Assembly (NCBI GenBank): GCA_002269645.1
Contig: NIVC01001965.1
Location: forward strand, 94,254-158,253
From: Macrostomum lignano
Lineage: Eukaryota
Direction: 5' to 3'
Length of the DNA stretch: 64,000 bases
The position numbers were made by a program, and so were the translations under genes. Each line of letters opens with the position of its first letter. The first letter of the stretch is position 1. This document shows, piece after piece, positions 38,117 through 51,384 of the stretch. The notes under the pieces were generated by a model, which saw only the letters and a program-made list of their open reading frames with translations, had not been told where the DNA came from and made no database searches.

Positions 38117-38937
38117 GCAGGGAGAGTGGCAGGGAGAGTGGCAGGGAGAGTGGCAGGGAGAGTGGCAGGGAGAGTGGCAGGGAGAGTGGCAGGGAGAGTG
38201 GCAGGGAGAGAGGAGGCAGAGGTCCAGGCAGTTTAAGAGACAGGGAGAGAGGAGGCAGAGTGGCAGGGAGAGTGGCAGGGAGAGAGGAGGCAGAGGTCCA
38301 GGCAGTTTAAGAGACAGGGAGAGAGGAGGCAGAGGTCCAGGCAGTTTAAGAGACAGGGAGAGAGGAGGGAGAGGTCCAGCCAGTTTAAGAGACAGGGAGA
38401 GAGGAGGCAGAGGTCCAGGCAGTTTAAGAGACAGGGAGAGAGGAGGCAGAGGTCCAGACAGTTTAAGAGACAGGGAGAGAGGAGGCAGAGGTCCAGGCAG
38501 TTTAAGAGACAGGGAGAGAGGAGGCAGAGGTCCAGGCAGTTTAAGAGACAGGGAGAGAGGAGGCAGAGGTCCAGGCAGTTTAAGAGACAGGGAGAGAGGA
38601 GGGAGAGGTCCAGCCAGTTTAAGAGACAGGGAGAGAGGAGGCAGAGGTCCAGGCAGTTTAAGAGACAGGGAGAGAGGAGGCAGAGGTCCAGACAGTTTAA
38701 GAGACAGGGAGAGAGGAGGCAGAGGTCCAGGCAGTTTAAGAGACAGGGAGAGAGGAGGCAGAGGTCCAGGCAGTTTAAGAGACAGGGAGAGAGGAGGCAG
38801 AGGTCCAGGCAGTTTAAGAGACAGGGAGAGAGGAGGCAGAGGTCCAGACAGTTTAAGAGACAGGGAGAGAGGAGGCAGAGGTCCAGGCAGTTTAAGAGAC
38901 AGGGAGAGAGGAGGCAGAGGTCCAGACAGTTTAAGAA
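38117..38937. repeat. 12-bp (AGGGAGAGTGGC)n followed by a 39-bp minisatellite
   Basis: Seen directly. The ORF track shows 4-aa and 13-aa periods. Confidence 0.96.
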
Positions 38938-40101
38938 TATCCTTCACGACGAAGCTGATAGATTTTCACCTATCCGCTATCTTTCTCTCCTCTCATCCTC
39001 GTCGATTCCACTGCCCCCTTCCCCTCCTAATCTTGGCCAAACTCCACATCTTTGTCTGCATAAATTTATGATGCCATGCGGTGGGTAGGCAGCAGATCAA
39101 TGCCAGTCGTTTCGCCCAGTATTTTTATCGCTGCTCTCCCGTTTTTGGCAATAAAAGCCTCACACCGAGCAGATACCAGCTGAACTAACGATCCTGTTGC
39201 TAACAGTGTCTTACGTTCGACTGAGTACAGGAGCAGTCGGATCCGGCAGTATAGCTTGCAGGAACTAATTGGATCAACTGAGCAATGAGCATGCTTCCAT
39301 TTCTATGCGAGGAGATAGAGAGGTGGTTAGGGAAGTGAGAGGCGGATCTGCTCACTGTAGCGAGCAGGTGGGGCGCTATCGGGGACAAATTGTGATTCCT
39401 CAGGGATAAATCCTTGCCAACTCAATTAGGACTGCGGAACCGCTCGGCGACAATCGCGGAAATGAACAGGTTTGCGTTCCCGAAATCCGCATGAATATTT
39501 GGCTTTGTGAATATCTGCAGAATACAGATTACTAAGCGCTAGTAACAATGATGCATGCATGGTCAGGTGCATTCACATGTGAAATATAGAAATTCTAATA
39601 GCAATAAGACAGGGTAAACTGAAGCTCCGGTTATTTTTCCACTCTTCATCTTACCTCAGTTTCCATTCAACAGCGTACTAACCCAGGTCAATTCCGCTTA
39701 ACTTAAAAGAGCTGGCGGCGAATTCGTGAAACCACTTGGCTAGCGACTTAGCGTGTGTCAAAACCCATTCGTTAGACTTTATTCATACAACTTAACCCCT
39801 GGACCTACCGCTTAAGGAAAAATACAGAGAGATCTGCTTGGATTACAGGAATGACTCGTAGGAAGGAGGGCTTCGGGCACCCTGGCGCAACGCTCTCGGA
39901 AACATCGGCCCATAACCAGCGCTGACGGCAATTCTGCCAATGAGCTCATGCAAGCGCGCCAATACTGTACTCAGGCACTGCACTCATACGCACGCTCACA
40001 CAGGGTGTACAGCGGCCCTGACTTTCTAATCGTCAGGCATGTACACTCTCTGTGCCTTCTCTGGCCGCCATGGCTGTGAATCGCACGACAACCCCCTGGG
40101 C

Positions 40102-40618
40102 CAGGGGTCGGCTAATTTTTTTGACCTCAAGGCCGGATGAAGGATCAAGAAGGATCACTGTGCCTGAGTACAGTCCTTGTGAAGAATCCAGCTCATGGCT
40201 ACGGCCCAGGTTAGAGAGGAAAGGAGAGGGAGTAGATGAGATAAGAAACAAGACAATATGAGAAAAGAGAGGAGAGACGGGAGAAGGGAGAGAAGAGAGA
40301 GGGGAGATAGAGGGGAGAGAGGAGAGAGGAGAGAGGAGAGAGGAGAGAGGAGAGAGGAGAGAGGAGAGAGGAGAGAGGAGAGAGGAGAGAGGAGAGAGGA
40401 GAGAGGAGAGAGGAGAGAGGAGAGAGGAGAGAGGAGAGAGGAGAGAGGAGAGAGGAGAGAGGAGAGAGGAGAGAGGAGAGAGGAGAGAGGAGAGAGGAGA
40501 GAGCAGAGAGGAGAGAAGAGACAAAAACATTTTAGCGCGCCGGATTGCTATTGTGAAGTTTCAAAAAACCCGAGGGCCGGATAGAGAGGCTTCGCGGGCT
40601 GGAGTTTGCCGACCCCTG
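40102..40618. mobile_element. hAT-type MITE whose interior is a (GAGAGGA)n array
   Basis: TIR CAGGGGTCGGC / GCCGACCCCTG. 8-bp TSD CCCTGGGC (40094-40101) vs CCCTAGGC (40619-40626), 7 of 8 identical. Confidence 0.8.
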
Positions 40619-40754
40619 CCCTAGGCCAATTTTCGTGCACAAACGAGCCCGAACTGAATGTGGCCTAGCACGGAATCAAACCAGGGGTCATGGCGCGAGA
40701 GTTGGCGTTGGCGGTAGAATCCTGCCGAAATGTACATGTAGATCTAGATGTCAC

Positions 40755-41000
40755 CTGAGTTTTGGCTACTGCAACTGCTGCAGCTGCAGCTGCTGCTGAT
40801 GCTGCAGTTGTCGCCGCCGCTACGATGGCGGCTGCACTGAAGTCGACGCTTTCGATGGTTGCGGCGGCAGGCGTCCGGGGTCAGGCGCTGGTAGCCTCCG
40901 CAGCCGACTGTCGGAAATAATGCGGCCAGCTTTGCCGCCGCCGCCTCCGCAGACGAAGTGGTTGGCGCGGGGCTGCAGCTGCGGCCTGTGCGCAAGTTGC
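40755..41000 (-). CDS. Candidate further upstream exon(s) of the APBA-like gene (another candidate ends at 41464)
   Basis: GC-rich open frames ending at GT donors (40754 GTGACA, 41463 GTGAGC) that can be chained in phase with 36172. No recognisable domain. Confidence 0.3.
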
Positions 41001-44000
41001 AATTTCCATGAAAGCACGAAATTCTAATAAAAACCTCAACCTCACACAGCCCGGACGAGAGTAAATGAAATTTTCCAAAAAAAATCAGTTGAAAAATTTC
41101 ACCGCAATTTAAAAACTATTCATCGAGAAGGCAAGCAGTCAGGCCCGTTCCGCTGACGCCTCAAACACACGGATACGTTCGCAGGCACACGCTCACACGG
41201 GGTGTACATCGGCCCTGACTGTCTAATCTTTCTAATCATTTACACACTCTGTGCCTTGAGTGTTAGCCTTCATAAATGCAAATTGCACGAAAGAACTGAA
41301 CCTTTGAAGGTCAGACACGTCAACCGCTGAACTGCTCTGCTCCTTTATTTTATTGCTTTTTTAAGTTTTGGTGCTGGCTAATAGAATCAAAGCAAAGAAA
41401 CGTCCAATCAACCAGCAAAGAAAATCCATCCCATGACAACTCATTGCTGGTTCTTGTGCTCACCCTCGGCAATGGTTGAGCTTGGCTTCGAGTTTTGCTG
41501 CCTCCTCGCTGGCGACGCGGTGGACGAGCCGACGAGCAAATTGCCGGGCGTCAGGCGGGCCCGGCCGTTCACGGAGGGCAGGTTGCCATAGAACGGGTGC
41601 GAGTGCGCAAACAGTCCAACTGGGTGCTGCGGCGGCTCTGAGATTGACAGCTCGGATCGCGGCGTCCTTTGAAATGCGATCGCGATTATAAAGGGCATTT
41701 TGCGAATTCTACCACTTCGGGTGTAGGGCAGATAACAGAAAATAATGGAACTCTTTAACGAAACAGCATCTACCATATTAATTGTTTTAAATTTGTTTAC
41801 AAAAGGGCAAATTGGACTTGCATTAAATTTTCAAAATCATTAAGTGTTATGTCATTTTATCAATCTAGTGGTCTTATAATTTCAAATTTTAGGTAGATAA
41901 CACTAGACACGAGTCCTTCAGGTGTACTCACATATTCACCCATACACCCAGCGGGCTGGTGGGACTCGCATCAAGCTGACAAGTTTTTTCTGACAAACCA
42001 ACGGCGTCGACTTTTTGCGCTGTCCCAGGCGCCGTCGCAGCTCCGCAGTCCAAATTCTGGATTTTTGACGCAGCCGTTTTCATTGCTAATAGCTGCAAAG
42101 GAGCTCTTTGAATTGAGCTCTAACGATTACAGATGCTCCGTTTGCTGTCAAAGCTACAGTGAAGTGAATCTCACATTCTGCAATTTTAATGCAAATAACA
42201 TGTCTGCATTGATTCTGAATTGTATATTTTTTTCAGAATATTCTTGCTCTGTATTCTTTTGCCTTTGCTTTTATTTTTAGGTATTTAGAATTTTCCCTGA
42301 GAGTTTGGAAGAGAAAGACCTTAATTTTTAAGCTCAAATTCCATTAAAAATATTATATGTCTATTCCCAAATATATATGTAATGTCAACTACCTCGAAGT
42401 ACTTACACGATAAAAATATTGTGGTTTCTTTACTTTGATTCGTTCGTTATGCAATATTATACACTTTGCAGACAATAACTTTCACGCCGAGAAAGCTGTT
42501 CTTTGAAATTCGTAAAGTCAAAAATACACGGTTCAAAATACTAAAACAAAACTTTTGAATATAAATGCTTGTTTTCTCAATGAAATGTTAAATATACCAG
42601 CTGAAAATAAAAAAACATTTTTATATATCATTTTGAGGTTTAAAGTTACAAAACTTGTCGCGATAAAAAATAACGTTAATGAAATAGTTTTCGCCGATCA
42701 TAATTCACGACATGTACAAGAGCTCATATTACATTTACGAAACCACAATTTTATTTATTAAACTGGATACATCGAATACAATTAAGTGTAGAATTACAGT
42801 GCAGCCAAATTTTCTTGTATTCTCGTTTTCTAAATACAAACAGTAGGAAAAATAAGGTTTACAATCTTGTCAGAAAAATTAGCATATAAAGAAATTCCAC
42901 GAGTACAATATCATTTGAAAAGAAAATAAACCTTTTCGAAATAATGTGATATTAAAAGTGAAATTTATCAACATCCAGTATAAAATGTAATCGAATATGG
43001 TTTATTTTTATATCTTCTTATGAAAAAACTAAATTTGTATATTTGTATATTTCATTATTATTCAGGGTATTTTATTGTGTAACAAAATAATTATAGCAAT
43101 AAAATATATGAATAACACCACATCAATTTGTGAGATGCAAGAAATTTTGTTAAGCAGGGGTCGCATAGTTATATACGGCCCTGATAAATCGTAAAATTTT
43201 GAAAGACGATCGAGAATCAAATATTTTGTTGTTTACTTGTGTTTAAATTATATTTTAAGCTAGATTTTATTTAGGTCGCAAATGATGTGTCCGATTATCC
43301 GATTTCAATTTAAACTGACCCGTAAATATACAGATTTATTTTTCACTTTCTACACGAATGGATACATTGTAGCAAAAACATTACGCATAAACAGCGTAGG
43401 TTCTTGCTTGTTTTTCAAGCTACTATCAACTTCGAAACGTCCTTTTGTACCCTGGCGCACTTTAAGCGATATTGTTGCACAACCGGTGAGAGACATTGCT
43501 GCCCATTCCGCCGACTCTCTTGAGCAGGCACACAAATTCACGTTAATTTCACGAGCAGAGCCTTAATAGCTGAGACTCCAATTCAGCCCCAAATTAATGT
43601 GACTGCACTTGGAATCGAGCCTGGGCCGCTGACACATAAAGTACTTTTTTTGAGTTCTATAAAAATTTGACAATTAAACTTTTATCGGCTTGTGCAGTTG
43701 ACTAGATTTTACGGTAATTAGCTTGATTTAGCCTTTAAAGTCAAAAAGATAACAAAACTGCGGATTTATGACTCCAGGACCAAATAGCTGAAGTAACCGT
43801 GCTATATACCATGACCCCATTTAAACTATTATACTTTGTAGTTACTCAGATGTGGCGTAGACCTGCACCGTGCAACAAGGTTTTACATGGTTTCATATAA
43901 AATTTATATTATCAGATGCGAGACTGTACGAAGATTGTGTCATTTTCAGAATCATGTGGAGTACATGGCGTAGACGCAGAAGCAGGGGTTGAACAGGTGG

Positions 44001-46227
44001 CGCAAGGCTCCTCCCGGATAAGTGCCTGGGAAAATTTTCCTGATTGTTGCTTCCTCTGTCGCGCGAAACCTGCTTCCTTTTAATTACAAGCCCTCGACGA
44101 GAGAAGACAGCTTTCAATCAGAGTAATTTGAGAGGCCAGCTGGGAGGGAAATCTTAAACAGGAACTAATCTCAATAATTTTTTTCGTTTTTTTTTTTTTT
44201 TCCTTTATCCGCCTGCAGCTAGCTTTTAGTTTAGTTAGACCCGACCAGCGGATTGGCTGCTGCTGCAGGGGCCCCATGGATGCAGTCAGAGAGAGAGATG
44301 GATAGGCTGGAGACTGGACTATAGATGATGCTGCCCGGGTTGGTGGGGTAAGGCCTGAATGCGCGGTGTTTAAGACAGCCCTCCCCACTCCTTCTTCATC
44401 CCTCTCAATAGGATAAGAAATGATGCTGCAGCGCTGAGGGGGAACGGCGATAGGAGAGCGGCGCACACAGTCCCTTATAAGCGAATCGGTCTCCTGTGTA
44501 AATACATACCGTCTCTCGCTCGCTCTACCAATAAAGTCAAGCCTTCCCCCCAGATTCAATTGGGGATCCAGTACCTCTCTCTAATCTTTCCATTTTTATC
44601 CACTGCGGCTGGGGCCGGGCACAGCAGCCTGAAAAAAGCAGGAGAATAGAATCTCAGCACAGAAAGTCCAGCTGCTTTAATCTAAGGTAAGGTAAGAAAC
44701 GATTGAGTCTGCTGTGAGAGTATTGAATTTTACCTAGACTAGTTAAGCGTCACCCAAAAACCCCCCATCATCTCATACTCCCATTCCCTCTCTCTCCCCA
44801 CGCCACTTTAGTTGCCAAGCGCTGCCAAAAACTACCACCACTTGTCCCTTCAACCCCCCTTCTAATCTCACGAGGTGGACACGTGCATTCAATGATGCTA
44901 GTTAGATAGAGAGTGAGTGGGTGAGCACTAGGCTGAAAATATTCATGCACTTTTACAACAGAGCAGCCAGCATGAGCGCGCGGGATCATGGAAGGGGTCG
45001 CTCCAGTGCTGCTCCCAGCGCTCATGCGACAGGAAGCAGTCCCTCTTTTAAGGGGAGAGGGCAGAGGGAGGCAGTGGAAGCCACGGGGCTCCCAAGTTGC
45101 TGTTGAATCTCATCTTATGTTAGAATTGAGAGGTAGCTCACCTATGCAGCTCACCAGTTATCAATAGTGTTCCAGTCTGTTTTAGTTCACAGTGTACTGT
45201 CAGACACTTGGAACTGAGCATTTCTCGGAGGCACTGTACATTTATGGAGCATCATTCGGGGCTGGTCGTTCACGAAAATTGGTCTAGGGGGGGGGGTTGT
45301 TGTGCGATTCACAGACATGAGAGGTCAACAGGTCATGAGAGCGTGTGTATCATTGCGAGCTTGTGTACAGCATTGGCGCGCTTGCATATGCTCAGGAGTC
45401 AACAGAATGGGGAGAATTGCCGTCAGCGCAGGTTGTGGGACCGATGTCTCCGAAGGCCTGCAGCCCTCTTGAAAACATTATTATGCATTCCTTGGTCCCT
45501 AGATGTGTGTAGAAACTTGTCGTGTCATATATTCAGCAACAGTGAAAAGTTCCACCCCACTAAGCGAGATGATTTTTTCACTTATTGCCGCTTGGGGTTG
45601 GCTTGGGTCTGCTTAATGGTCCAGGCCTGGACATTAAGCAGACCCAAGCCCAGGAACAACGCCCCGCAACACCAAGCCGATGCTGTTAGTCAACTGAAGG
45701 AACAGCTACGCAGCTGCGCACTCTGCGCTGGCCTTCCCGGTCCCCAGACATGGATCCCATCGAGCATGCTTGGGACTTCCTAAAACGTAGCATTCGAAAA
45801 GAGAATCCACCATAGAATGTTGCGGAGAGCTCTGCATCATTCTGCGCTGCCTCATCCTTGGGATGCCCGGCAGAGTCGTCGCACTTCTGCGTGCGAGGGA
45901 GGGGATCCCACACGCATCGCGATTCTAACTGAATATTGCAAAAAATTTATGATTTTGTGCGACCGACGTTTACTACGAGTGTTGATTTTCGAAGGTTGAA
46001 TTGTGAGTGTGAAGTTTCCGCAATTTGGAGGGTGGAACTTTTGACTGTTGCTGAGTTACACGCCCATGATGGTTGCTTGCCAGCTCGATTTTTAAACTAA
46101 TCATTTACCCGAACAACCTGACAATTTCAGAGTTCAGCCCCATCAAACAGTCGGGGGTTTCAACCATAGACAGACACCCCTGTGACAACAAATTGAAGAG
46201 TTCAAACTGTCAGAAGTTGAAACGCAA

Positions 46228-46858
46228 ATGGCTGAGAAAGGTGGCGGCCAAAACGGGGTGGATCAAGTCGCCTCAGCCGTGTCCAAGATGCAGCTGCAGC
46301 AGCAGCAGCAGCCGCTCATCAGCGGAACCCAATCCGCCGTTGACTGGCAGAAATTCTCCCTTCGCCAAGCGGAGCTGCTGCGCACCGTGGGCACCGGGAC
46401 CTTCGGCCGCGTCATGGTCATCAGGGATAAAACTTCTGGCGAGTATTTCGCATTGAAAATCCTCATCATAGAGGACGTGATGCGGCTCAAACAGGTTGAG
46501 CACGTCAAGAATGAGAAATCGATTCTGAAGATGGTTAATCACCCATTCCTGGTTAGCCTGTTCTGGACCAATCACGACGTCAAGTTCCTGTACATGATCT
46601 TCGACTTCGTGTGCGGCGGCGAGATCTTCTCTTACTTGAGAACGGCCGGAACGTTCTCGAACTCCAGCGCACAGTTCTACTCGGCCGAGATTCTCACCGC
46701 CGTCATCTACCTGCACGACCTGTCGGTTGTCTACCGCGATTTGAAGCCGGAAAACTTGCTGCTAGACACGCAGGGCCACCTCAAGATAACGGACTTTGGA
46801 TTCGCCAAGGTACTGAAGGACCGGACTTACACGATGTGCGGCACGCCAGAGTATCTCG
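46228..46858 (+). CDS. PRKX: PRKX / Pka-C3-type cAMP-dependent kinase catalytic subunit, exon 1
   Basis: TVGTGTFGRV, FALK, RLKQVEHVKNEK, HPFLVSLFWT, YRDLKPEN, DFGFAK, TMCGTPEYL. The TVGTGTFGRV and LFWT motifs favour PRKX over PKA-C1. Phase-1 donor GTGAGC. Confidence 0.92.
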
Positions 46859-47194
46859 GTGAGCGCTGATGGACCAGGGCGGGAAGAGGAGGGGGAGAGG
46901 CGGAGACGCAGCGATTGCAGGCACTCGAGCCTGCGGGTTCAGACAGAGGCAGCTGCAGCAGAAAGCGCTCGATGCCAAGCTGAGGTTTGAGAGAAAAATA
47001 TTGCAATCCGATAGATGGGTTCCAGCAGGTGCTGGCGACGCGGCCCTCTGTTCGATGAGATTGGATTGGGGAGGCTTCAGATCTGCTCACACATCCTACG
47101 GGCGGCCTAGTATGCGGGATAGCTGGTATAATTTATATGGTATAAATACATTCTAATACTAAATTCAGTATACAGAAATCCGAAAAAATCGTTA

Positions 47195-47370
<176 letters not shown>

Positions 47371-48562
47371 CGCGAAAATCGAAGGCGAGGAGAGGCCAGC
47401 TGAGGAGCAACTCCGGGGACTCGCTCAGCTCGCAACTCACCCCTCCGGCTCCATCAAAATAGTGGCTGAATTTTTAATGGGCAAATTTCAAATTCCTTTT
47501 TTCCCTGGAAGTAGTGCACGGGGAGCTGAATGTGCAGTGCCGTGGGCCCCTCCCACTCCGGGAAAGAATTCTCTAGGGCTGCTCCTGCTCGACCAAGGAG
47601 ACTTGTGCTGCACTTTTTTTCTTTCTTCTCCATCATCGCTTGAGCAGTCTTGTTGTCATGCTTTCTGCGAACTTTCTGCGAACTTTAGTCTCCGGTCTGT
47701 AACTAGGCCAGGAAGTCAGTCCCGCATTACTCGTATTTGGCCGATTTTGGTTAATTATTAATGCTACAGATTCTGGTAAAAATCTTGGACTTTTTTGCCT
47801 CGCAACCCTGCACGCCAGCTCTGCTTGTGTCGGAGTGCTTATCATCTCACTGTCTTGCGTCTCCCGCCTCTTCGCTTCTATCAATCTGGCGCATTCGATT
47901 CAGCCTCTTCTTCATCAGCTCGTCCTTTCCCAACCCCAAAATAATATATGTTCCCCAATGGTTGACGTCCCGGCCTCGCCCTCTCCTTTACTGCCACCCT
48001 CCAAAGCGACTGACCCCCGCTGGGAGCGGAGGCTCCGGCAGCCCTGTGGCCGTTTCTGAAATAAACTGCCCATCCGACTTCTTGAAAACGAAGGCTGATG
48101 ATTCTGTTCCCATTCTTGGGAACTTTTTCCTCCCTTCTTCTCTTCCCCTCCTCTTGGTTTACGAGCGAACACCCCCTAGCCGTACTAGAAAATAGTTGCT
48201 GTGTGCTAAAAAGTTCGATGTTGGCAAACGGCAGACGGCTTCATCTGTAGTGCAGTGTGTGCTCAGCCGCCAGGCACTCCCCAATTCTAGTCCCTCTTTG
48301 GAAATCGATTTGGCCGCTGTGGAGGAAGCGGTTATTAGGAAGTGGGATTTTTCCCCGCTGTTACAAAGTTCGGCCACTAGTTTCTTCCCCTGGGGCCGCT
48401 GGCTGGGTAATCGAGGACTTGGGCTGCCCCAGTGCCTGTCTGCAGACATGGCCTTATCTACTGCAGTATTTTTCCGCTTTTCAGATATGCTCCAGTTGGT
48501 TAAAACAAATTTATTCAGAAAAATTTTCTTATAAAATACAGACAATATTCACTATTTATCGT

Positions 48563-48860
48563 GCACTCAGTCTCACTAGCAATCTCACTCTCTCTCATCT
48601 CCCATCACTCAGTCTCACTAACAAGCTCACTCTCTCTCTTCTCCCATCACTCAGTCTCACTAGCAATCTCACTCTCTCTCATCTCCCATCACTCAGTCTC
48701 ACTAGCAATCTCACTCTCTATCTTCTCCCATCACTCAGTCTCACTAGCAATCTCACTCTCTCTCTTCTCCCATCACTCAGTCTCACTAGCAATCTCACTC
48801 TCTCTCTTCTCCCATCACTCAGTCTCACTAGCAGTCTCACTCTCATCCCTCATCACTCAG
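48563..48860. repeat. 42-bp minisatellite (CACTCAGTCTCACTAGCAATCTC...)
   Basis: Seen directly. 14-aa period in the ORF track. Confidence 0.93.
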
Positions 48861-49438
48861 TGTCACTCTAATCTCACTCTCATTCACTATCTCTCACAAT
48901 CTCACTCTGACTTTCATCCACTATCTCTCCTAATCTCAATTTCTACTACTATCTTTCAATCTTATTCTTAGCTCGTAATTTCTCTAATTAATCTCACCTA
49001 CTATGTGCAGCACACTCTCAATCTATCTCAGTCAAGTCTCCAGTTCTTGCTTTTGCAGCCTATACTGTACTTTATATTTTTCACTAATTGCAACAGAGGA
49101 CACTAGGCAGAGAATAGCTACCCTCACCCGCCACAAAAGTCACTTAAATTCACGCTTCACACACGGAGCAATTAGTAAGTCTATCAAGGAGGCTTCTTCA
49201 CTCTATAACAATCATTCATGTCCAATCACCATCAAAGCCAGCGTGAACTCTCATCATCCTTGTCGAGCTTTTCGTGTTTGCACTTGCGCGTTGTGTGGAG
49301 TGCTTCCATCATTTTAGGATGGAGCTCTATAATTAGGGAAAGCTCCCATTTTCACTTTTAGCTTCTATTCTCTTGTCCTTACAATACGCTGGTCTCGTAA
49401 ACAAATATCTTTCTCCTTCCAAGCAAAATTCCCTACAA

Positions 49439-49548
49439 GCGTGCAGGATTGATTATGTCTATGGTAAATCTCTCCCCAGAGCGTGCAGGATTGATTATGT
49501 CTATGGTAAATCTCTCCCCAGAGCGTGCAGGATTGATTATGTCTATGG
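49439..49548. repeat. 42-bp unit, ~2.6 copies
   Basis: GCGTGCAGGATTGATTATGTCTATGG occurs three times. Confidence 0.9.
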
Positions 49549-50567
49549 CCTAGCTTCATATGAGCTCAAAACCTCGCAATGCTCTCACTATCAGTTATAT
49601 AAACACTCATCTAGCCAGATTAAAAAGTTACTTTTCTATATTTATGCGCTTTCCTAAACTGCTTCCTAATTTTGTCTGTGAGGCCACTGCCGTGATGCCG
49701 TACTTACATGTATGAGGCCTATATACAATGATCCTGTGGAGTCAAACGGACATCAACTGATCATGCCTGATTATTTGGCAATCTCATACAGCCTGGGGAA
49801 GCAGCTGTACGGTTTCTGTGGGGAATATCTAGATAGGCGAAGATATCCTACGGATGTTATAATTGCTTTCAGCGGACAGAGGCAAAAGAAGAGCTGAGTG
49901 AAAGAGACCTCGCAAACTCGCTTGCCCGAACAGGGACTGGGAGGTGGCTTTGTCGTATTACAGAAAATTATCTCAATTAGGACAAGCGTTCGACCTAGTT
50001 CCCAGCCAGCCATGCCAAAAACATTGGACCTTTTTCGGGCGGTCAGCCAAGTCTGCTTTCCCGAAGCAATTCACAGCAGCGCTTAGGCCCCCTGCCCCCC
50101 CCCCCCCTATTTTTTTGCTTTCACTTTGTAGTCCGTAGGTAAACACGCAGCGGCTCCTGGGTTATGGGCATCGAATGGCTGGCAGAGCGCTTCTGTGTAT
50201 TCGGTGCTTGCAGCTTGGCAGCAAGCCGTTCGCCAAAGACGCCTGACGGAGAAAAAGATGGAGAGAGGGAGAGAGAGAGGCAGGGAGAGAAGGTCGCTAT
50301 ACAGTTATGCTCCAATATGCTGGCTCTAAATCTGGAGCCCAATAAGCCAACACAAACAGCCTGTTTGCGCTGTACCGCACAGAGTTCTTCTGTTCAGCGA
50401 TTGACTCTTTAAGAAGACATTGATGTAGATAGAGAGACTGGCGCAGTCAACAAACACAAACTTTGAGAGATGCATTGTCTGGCTAATGTGGAGCACCGTA
50501 TTTGCAATACAAGCTGTGCTGACCTGCTGTTCACAAAACAAGCATTATCAATAACTCACGAATGCTC

Positions 50568-50687
<120 letters not shown>

Positions 50688-51384
50688 GGTTTGCTTGTTA
50701 GTTACATTTAATGTCTCTCTCTGCAAAAGCAAGCCATGAAGACAAAATAAGAAATGGGAAGCGGAAAATCTTCTAGAAGAAGAAATAACCATCCGATTCA
50801 GATCGCCCTCGGCAAGCGGCCCGGTCGCCGGGGGATTTGGGAGTCGCCATGAAGGAGTAATGCGCATCTTTTTGCGGGTCGCTGCCAGTCTTGCCCCAGC
50901 CAGAGCATTGCGTGGGAAATCTATGCGCTCAGGCAGACTCTTTCCTCATCTCAGCCGTTAGTAGCCGTCTGGGACGGTTTGAGCAGCGGGTGTGTGAGAA
51001 CCCACTCAGACCACCCCCCCCCCCTGCTTCACGTTCCGCCATCGCAGAACTCTCTGCTCTGACAGTGAATTATGGATTTGCCCACAGTCCCATCTCTCCT
51101 GATCTGTATAATCAAAGAGGTCCAATCGAATAAAAATATTGTACATCAGATTGAATGGCTTTGAGCAGTCGGACTCAGATGATGAATATCAAGTACCCTG
51201 GCCAGCACGATTCGAGCCAATCATTTTCGTTCACCCGTCGGTCACGCCAGTGAGCCAGAAAGCTCTGCTGAACAGATAATCCAAAGACAGTTTAATTTTA
51301 GTCGGCAAGAACTTGTACTTTCCCGAGCCGCAAAAGTGCAGAGCATCACTGAGAGCAGATACCGACGGGAGCCGCTTATCTGTC

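Noticed and set aside
44230-44560. Possible solo LTR (TATA-like CTTATAAG, AATAAA, ending in CA)
   Set aside because: No matching TG start with a TSD and no second copy or internal domain in the window.
45208-45783. 191-aa ORF upstream of PRKX, and the similar 47761-48871 ORFs
   Set aside because: They overlap dispersed or tandem repeats, start at non-ATG codons or lack codon bias, and show no recognisable motifs.
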